A DNA stretch of 64,000 nucleotides, taken from Calcarisporiella thermophila CBS 279.70 (lineage: Eukaryota; Fungi; Calcarisporiellomycota). The translations under genes were made by a program, and so were the position numbers. The stretch's first letter is position 1, and each line of letters starts with the position of its first letter. Below are positions 56,911 through 64,000 of this stretch, piece after piece. The stretch spans positions 688,719 to 752,718 of the forward strand of contig NW_027192193.1 in assembly GCF_041956535.1 (NCBI RefSeq). Direction: 5' to 3'. The notes beneath the pieces are model-generated. The model made no database searches and had not been told where the DNA came from. It saw only the letters and a program-made list of their open reading frames with translations.

Positions 56911-59181
56911 TCGCTCACGCGTCCTCTGATTAAGTCGCTGAGTGTCAAGGTTTTTTGTTCTTATATAGGAGTTGCTGCGAGTGGCACGGTTCTTTGCAAA
57001 GTATCAGTTGAGGATAGCCGCTTCCCAGGGGATAGCCCAAGCTCGGATTAGGCTTGCATTTTATTGCTGAAAAAGCACGAGTAAATTTGTCCCGGGTTCC
57101 ATGACAAATGGCACGCGCTCTGGTCTTTCCAGAGCACGCTGTTCTCAAGCTCAGTGCTCGCGCCATTGCCTCTGTCGATGCTCTCTCTCCTCTTTTTTTT
57201 CTAACCCGGGGCCCACCCAATGGCTACACCCGCCAGAGCCTCAAATTGAGACTTCCGGACCCCCTCCTCTCCGTATCCCTCAAATTCCCCTCCAGATTCC
57301 CCCCCCCCCCCCACACACACCACCTCACGCTCATATCACGTCAGAGCCCTGGCTGGCTTGACGGACTGCGGCCGACAGCCTTTCACCCGTCAACTTCTCC
57401 TAGGCCGTTTTCACTGACAGCAGATTGAATCATGCCATTTCGGAGTGTAACTTTCCCTTTTGGTGGAGCCAGGCCGATTCCGGATAAGCAAGAATTGGAG
57501 GAGGAAAAAATGCCATGAGGAAGCAGCGTGCACCTTACTGGCGCGATGCCACGCTAGAGGGGCAGCGGGCTCGCCATTCGAAAAACAAGCGGGGCAATAA
57601 AGCCCGATGTAGAAATTCCGCTTTGTTTTCCCCTCTTCTCTGCCCTCGCTAATAGAGTTGATTAGCAAATTAAATCACAGCAAGAACGTTGGCCCGTTTT
57701 GTGCTTTCCAGAGGAGCCTCCTCGATAATCGTGCATGGGTGAGGGGGGAGAGCACACATAGAGTTTGGGTTGAGCTGGAGTAATAGAGCATCATCCACGG
57801 CTGGGCTGCAGGTTTTGGGCGAAGAGAGCCGTGATGGGCTAGCGTTGGTGGAAACGCGGGAGCTCGCCGGTGGGGTGTAGGGGCTTGGGCAACCGGATCG
57901 CCTCTAGAGAAGGTAAGGAGGCCGAGCAAAAGGAGCAATTATTAAAGCTATTTCGTGTGTGCTTTATAATTTTATGTCCTGATTAATCTTGATTTTAGGA
58001 TTGTCCTGCCCTTCTCTCTCCCTTCCATCGGGCCCATCCCCTCCCCCCCCCCTTCTTTTCCCCTCCAACTGGATTTCGAATGTGCACAGCACGTTCTCCT
58101 TTGTTATTTTGGCCCTTCTTATCGTGGCGAGCACGAGGACGATAAGAATGTTGCACTCTTGAAAATGCACCTCCGCCAGAGGACAATAACAGGTTCATCT
58201 TAAATAAGAAGGAGGCGGGGGGAGCTTTGTATGAAATATGGAGCTAACAGCATGGAAGGGGATTCAGGGCTACTTGGACTTAAAAAATGGAATGGAAGAG
58301 GCCCACGAAGGCTATCTCCTCTGCCCAGACAGAATTGACGGGGTCATTTCAAGATCCTCTCGATGCATTAGAGTTGACAAATACACTCTATCTTCAAAGG
58401 GGACGACGCCGAAATCTTAAAAAACCAGTAGGACCGGAATTCGCGAAGACAGAGCAGAAACAAGGTTCTCTCAACCACCTCTCTTGCGGCTAGATTGATT
58501 CTTCCTCTTATCAGCTCCCGCGTCATCGTCGCTTGACCTGTTAAAGCTCAATTAAAGTATAATTCTTCGACCAAGGGGGGGAAGGTTTGAAAATTCAGGC
58601 TAGGTACATCGCTTGTCAATAAGGATAGAATCGGAGAGAAGATTATTACTAAAAAAAACCAAGCGTTGCATCGATAGCTCGACGACAAGGCTGCCATGTA
58701 TCTATTCCTCCCTGTTTGTCCGTGCCTCTGTAGAGTCCTCCTCATAGGGTTCCATCAGTACAGCTGGGAGTCGTTCCGAGCTTTTTTTTCTCAGCTCCTC
58801 TTCCCTGGCCTCCACACGGATTGCGTCCGTCGTCTATTTATTGCCACGTTAGGGAAAGCGAACCTGAGAAATTCTGGATTGCGTGTGTGAGCCATTATGA
58901 ACTTGGGATCAATTTAATTAAGGTTCGATTTCAAGTTAGGTGCATGCAATAACGAGTTGCTGCTTGGCAAGCGGGGCATATGGAGGAGGAAAGGATGGTC
59001 CTTCGTCCCCCCTCACCCATCTCAGCACGCAATCGGGTTTCCCCAAGGGAGCCACGGTAAAATTCAAAGAAAGACGTCTATCGGATCCGTTTGATATATT
59101 CTATGGAAGAGGCGAGTCCATCATCCTATTCCGTGGGTGGCGTCTTCAACCGGTTGCCGAGTTTCAAGAGGCAAGAGCACC

Positions 59182-59189
59182 TATATAAA
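59182..59189 (+). promoter_or_regulatory. TATA box upstream of the micro zinc-finger ORF
   Basis: TATATAAA ~150 nt before the ATG at 59337. Confidence 0.5.
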
Positions 59190-59336
59190 GGCGGGATCCG
59201 CGTAGTCGCGGTCGCATCTACAGGCCCCAGGCTCTTGATAAAATTTTTTAGACTTTTGTTCCATATAATAGCGCTCTCCTCCCCCATCCATCCCTTACCG
59301 GCTCCCATCTAGTATCCACCTAGACCCAATAGAGAC

Positions 59337-59438
59337 ATGCCTGCCACCACCTGCCCCTACTGCTGCTGCCGCTGTGCGGACAGCGACGCCCTTCGCGACC
59401 ATATCTTCAGCGTGCACCGGGGCATCCTCTTCGGCTAA
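59337..59438 (+). CDS. 33-aa micro-protein consisting of one C2H2-type zinc finger
   Basis: MPATTCPYCCCRCADSDALRDHIFSVHRGILFG*; spacing is C-x2-C-x12-H-x4-H with Leu three residues before the first His; codons are strongly C-ending; upstream TATA box. Confidence 0.65.
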   Translation: MPATTCPYCCCRCADSDALRDHIFSVHRGILFG

Positions 59439-59772
59439 AGCATCTGCCAGCCGGAACGTTTCCGAGGGCCCCCCTTCCATTGTTGTCATGTAGTATCCAA
59501 AAGCACCGTTCTATGTAGTTACCACCTCTCCCCACCTTTTAATTATCCTCATCCCACAATCGCCCTCTAGAGATTCAAGAGAGAGGGTTTAATGCTTCTT
59601 CCCCCTAATACCTTCCATTGTATTCTTGGCTGACTGGTTCCCCCAAGCGCTTTTTGGAGCACAAAAAATATAAAGACTGTTTTATTTTTGATATACATGA
59701 GATATGCTATGAACATTAGAGAGGATGCTAAGAATATTACGAAAGTTGCAGAATATGGCGGCCGCCCTCTCC

Positions 59773-60403
59773 CTACGGCTCTTCCTCCAACCCCTCTCCC
59801 CTAAACACGACCACATTGTTGTCGGTCTCGTGTATCCGCACCTCGTACAGCATTGCGCTCTTAGCTCCGCCCCCAAGCTGGTCCAATTCGCCCTTCATAC
59901 TTTTCCAAATGAACACGGCCAAATTCTCCGTGGTGCTATTAGTCACGAACAAATTCCAAGTTAAGAAACCAAATTCAGCATCGGGCTCAAGGGGGAGCTA
60001 GAAATGCAAGGAAAAGGAAGAATCCACTACCTTGGCACCTTACGGAAATGTTCCACGTCGAGGTCCAAGTTTCGGTGATCCAGCAATTCCAGAACCGCAT
60101 GGATGCATGTCTTGAGGTCGGCCAGGTTGAGGACCATGCCTGTTATCGGATCAATCTCGCCTCGTACTGTCACCTCCACTACCAAATAAAAAGTAGCTTG
60201 TGATTAACGACTCCTAATAACGGATGTATTTGGTAACTGTAATACCAAGTAGAGTTATTACATTTATAGTTATGACCATGGAAGTTTGGATTGTTGCATT
60301 TGGTGTAGAGCTTTTGGTTCTCCTCCGCGCTCAGATGGATGGAGTGCAGGCGATGGGCGGCAGAAAATGATTCTGACCGGGTGAGGTAGGCAATTGGCGG
60401 CAT
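59773..60403 (-). CDS. PTS: 6-pyruvoyl-tetrahydropterin synthase (animal-type PTPS)
   Basis: [20 protein letters not shown] / [56 protein letters not shown]; two introns, in frame. Confidence 0.95.
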
Positions 60404-60807
60404 TCGATCTAGAATGGATTACGAGAATAAGGTGAGAGAAAGAGGTGCTTGGGCCCAAAGGGGATTTGTAAGTGAATTCCCATTGGCTTGAATTTTCTCA
60501 CGGTGTAAAAAATAAATACCACCTCAACCCTTCTTCCTCTTAAGGAATGGGGAGGCGATGACGCTATCGAGATCGCGCACCCACACCCATTGAAAACAAA
60601 GAGCATGTATTGGTATTGCACGGTGAGATGCATACAATAGAAAGCAGATACTATTGCTACTCGGGGAAGAGACGGGATGACGGCGAATTTTCAGGCATAA
60701 ATTAGAAATGTGAAGTATAAATAAATAAATAAATAAGTGAATAAAGAGGGGAGGATGAAAGGGGAGGGTCCCGAGGCCCTTTCCCCCACCGCGTCCTTTG
60801 GACGAGT

Positions 60808-62199
60808 CTAGTTGGCCTTCTTCTGGGCGAGGGCACGGTCTCTTGCCCACATCAGGCGGAGCTCGACGGCCTCGGGTACGTTCTCGACGAAGAGTCCGTC
60901 CACGCCCAGATCGAACATCTGGTAGAACTCCTCCTTCTTCGCAGCGTAGCCGTCGGGCTTCTCTGGCGTCTTATACTGCTGGGCATCGTAGAAGGTGTAG
61001 GGGGCCGCACGGATCTGGCGCTTGTGGAGCTCCTGGACGAGCTGCTTGGCGTCGAGGAAGCCTCCCATCTGCTTGATCTGGGCCTCATCAAAGGTGACGT
61101 TGCGCTTACGATAATCGGCTTCAGCGCCCTCCTTGAAGGCGGCCTTCCACGGGCCGAAGTACTTGGCAAAGGTGGCGACGTGGTCCAAGCCCTTGGGCGT
61201 GAAGAATTCGGGGCGCTCGTCGACCAGCATCAGGACGTCAAAAGGCGAGTTCTTAGCGAGGTACTCGGCGGTGCTGGGGTCGAAGCTCTGGATGACCACG
61301 GGACCGCGGAACTCCGCGGGGATCTGGGCGGGGGCGGTGGTATTCTCCGGAAGGACGGTGGCGGGGCGGCTGATCTTGTGGTCGCCGAGGGCGTAGCCGA
61401 AGCGCTGCAGAGTGGACAGCACCAGGTTCTCGAAGAACCGGGGCTTGTCGGAGCGAAGGGAGTTGAAGTGGGTGGGCGACTTGAGCTCGGGCACGAGGCC
61501 GATGGGGCGGCCAACGCGGGTCGACAGATTCTGCACCAACTCGAGGTATTCTTCAAAGGTGGGGATGTTGAAGTTGGTGTTGAAGTACTGGGGCCGCACG
61601 CCAATGGGCGGGGTGAGCACCTTGAGCTTTCGCAGCTCTTCGAGCGTGAAGTCCTGGACAAACCAGTCGTCCTCCGTGACATTCTTCTCGCCATTGTAGT
61701 ATGTGCGGCTCGCCTTCTTCGACGCAAACTCGGGAAGCTCTGCAACGTTGGTGGTGCCGCCGAGCGAGAGATCGTGGAAGCACACAAGCGCGTCGTCCTT
61801 GGTCAGAACAAGGTCGGGCTCCACAAACTCGGCACCCTCAATGGCTGCAAGGTGATAGGATCCAAGGGTATGCTCAGGCATGATGGCTCTATCATTCAAA
61901 GGGGGAGAGGGAGAAGGAGAGGCATATGGATTAAAGAGCATCTCGAGTGCGCGTTGGAGGGCTCAAATTCATTCGCAAAAAAGAGTCTTCTCATCTTTCA
62001 TTGTCTTGGGATGCGGGGGGACTCAATGGAGGAGGAGCGGGGGGAGGGGGGAGGGTACTCACTTTTCACCGCGATGCGCGAACAGGGCCGCGGGCTTGCC
62101 ATCAAGGGTGGGCCAGGTGAATTCGAACGAGTCTGGGATGTGGGCACGCACCCCGCTGCCGACGGCCACGATTGCGAGAGCTAGAGGGAAGACCTTCAT
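60808..62199 (-). CDS. Secreted glycerophosphodiester phosphodiesterase (GDPD/GlpQ-like)
   Basis: Signal peptide; AHRG../PEHTLGSY..FVEPDLVLTKD..CFHD; IPTFEEYL; PELK; IQSF; GVDGLF. Confidence 0.93.
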
Positions 62200-62709
62200 C
62201 ACGTAGATCAGATACACACAGATGGAGGTCAGGGATATGAGGAGAAATAATCGCACGAAACGTCGCTTAACGCAGATAAGCATGGTTCTTGATTATATAG
62301 AAAGGGAGGACAAAACTCCGATCCAAATAGAATTCCTCATCTCTTTGCAACTCATTAACCTCGTTTCCAATTACCGATCACTGGGCCCCAACGTGATAGC
62401 CGAGGGGGGAAAGGCGGGATTCTTAGTGCGGGAAATCCTGCAAGCACGTGCCTATCACAAAAAAAGCCACCATTGGACGTCGAGGCCCACGGATGAAATC
62501 ATTGTGCGGGCTTTGCTTGGCTGGTTCGAATCCCTCTCTCTCTGCTCCAATACCCTGTGAAGCCTAGTTTCTAAACCCATTCTTTGTCATAGAGCCGTAT
62601 CCCGTTTTTTTTCCGTTCTTCTTGCTACGGTCCCCTTCCCGCTCCCCCTTCCTCCTTCGCCCCGCGCTTTTGCATCTCCAAACACACATAGAACTACCGG
62701 CTCCATAGA

Positions 62710-63676
62710 ATGTTGACTTATCGGCCTCAAGTCCTTGCCCTTGAGATAGACAAGGTCCTTGCTGACACAGCCGGTGCACTTATGCGATTCAGCACCTCGG
62801 CTTATGGCCAATTGACGTTTAACGTCGAGGATCTCTCGTCCCCCAACTACTGGGAGAGGCTCGGCCCCACCCCCGATGAGAGCCTTCGGTTTGCGCGCGA
62901 GTTTTTTGCAAGCAAAGAGTTTGAGAAAATCGAACCCATGCCGGGAGCATTGGAGGCATTAAGGGTATGTAGGGTGGGCCTATACATTTGGATGACCCAT
63001 TCGCTTTTACTCATGCTGCAGTAATAGGTTTTGAAAGCAAGACGATTCACCCTCGTCATTGTCACTTCGCGCCCCCAATTCATCGCTGAAGAGACCCGCA
63101 AATTTGTCGACAAGTATTATCCTGGAGCTTTCGATGCTATCGTACGTAGACTCCTCCCCCTCCCCCTCTTCTTGCTCTGTTAGGATTGTCTAACTTTTCC
63201 TTCTCCAGTATTTTGGCAATCATTATCTCAGCCTTCAGGAGCAGGCCTGCTTCGTCACCAAATCCAAGCCGGCCATCTGCCGGGATCTCAATGTGCGAAT
63301 CTTTGTGGACCAGGCGCCCTCGACCATCACCCAGGCGGAGGGATTCAGTGTCATATCCTTTGATCCCACCGGTTCTCTGCGGGGGATTGACGGAGTGGCC
63401 GTGAGTTGGCGGGAAGTGCTGGACGGCTGCCGCTCGAGGAGCCCCTTGCGAAATGCATGGACTCCGCTCTGCCTTGCTGAGGATGAAGCAGAGGTGGGAC
63501 ACGAAGAGGTCTTGGAGGAGGAGACCTCCGACGAGAGCAGTGAGGATGTAGAGGCAGAAATGGAACAAAGTATGAACGTGGAGATGCGAGAGATGGATGA
63601 GAAGGAGCAATCCGAGGCCCTGACCAGCATGGAGCTCTCGGATCCCGTTACCCATCCGATGTTTTTTGTAGTTTAG
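62710..63676 (+). CDS. NT5C-type HAD 5'(3')-deoxyribonucleotidase-like protein with acidic tail
   Basis: LALEIDKVLAD (motif I region), EPMPGALEAL, LVIVTSR (motif II), YFGNHY..SKPAIC..IFVDQ; two introns. Confidence 0.8.
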
Positions 63677-64000
63677 ATTGCTCTGTTGACTATGTCTTTT
63701 TGAATATTTCTGTACAGTCACCTGCCACCCCCTATTGTGTATCATGTTCTTTTTGTTTTCATTAATCTCTTGACATCGCCTTGATTATTTTTTTTCTCTC
63801 TATCTATCTCTTTCTTATCTGTGTATTCATGTAAAATGTTCTCTTCATTACATGTGTGGATTGTGTGTTAATAGAGGTAACTACATGTGCATGTATGCTT
63901 TATTCAGAATGCTGGGTTGGTGGAGGATGAATAGCTGATAAAAAGCGCCCGGTGGTGGGGGTAGTGCAGATCACGTGAAATGGGAATGAAGGAGGATGGT

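Noticed and set aside
57220-57250. Selenoprotein or antizyme-type recoding at ATG..AAT TGA
   Set aside because: Readthrough and shifted frames give low-complexity sequence with no redox or antizyme motifs, and I recognised no SECIS.
59840-59880. Apparent frameshift in PTS, suggested by ORF 59682..59876
   Set aside because: The C-run has five bases, so the main frame reads [13 protein letters not shown] without a break; the listed ORF is an alternative frame.
62450-62550. tRNA gene around GGTTCGAATCC
   Set aside because: The T-stem does not pair, and no A-box, anticodon arm or acceptor 5' strand is present.
44000-63700. Many long overlapping or antisense ORFs (e.g. 47000..47881, 50772..51629, 61024..62184)
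   Set aside because: Shadow frames caused by high GC and codon bias of the real genes; no recognisable motifs.

Overview
Eukaryotic, intron-rich genomic DNA from an early-diverging (non-Dikarya) fungus, most likely Mucoromycota or Zoopagomycota. The lineage is inferred from gene content: a fungal-type PKC1 and THI20 alongside DDX59, a MARCH5-like ligase, an animal-type PTPS and DCTN5. About 27 spliced protein-coding genes were reconstructed by hand from ORF fragments and GT-AG introns. The left ~35 kb is AT-rich and densely packed with housekeeping genes (EAF7, PEF1, BMT5/6, NOC2, UFD1, RPS4, BNA5, LAT1, DDX59, importin, PKC1). The right ~20 kb is markedly GC-rich with long intergenic regions and one 311-N assembly gap. 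No tRNA, rRNA, CRISPR array or intact transposon is supported. Best leads: (1) an unlisted 33-aa stand-alone C2H2 zinc-finger/Cys-rich micro-gene with its own TATA box; (2) PKC1 with a ~336-aa Pro/Gln/Gly extension past its hydrophobic motif; (3) three intact genes whose catalytic motifs are substituted (alpha/beta-hydrolase S>N, DDX59 motif VI without arginines, NT5C-like D>E); (4) a secreted protein with a bacterial-type 3D domain; (5) the compositional transition. Gene spans include introns, and exon boundaries are manual predictions.
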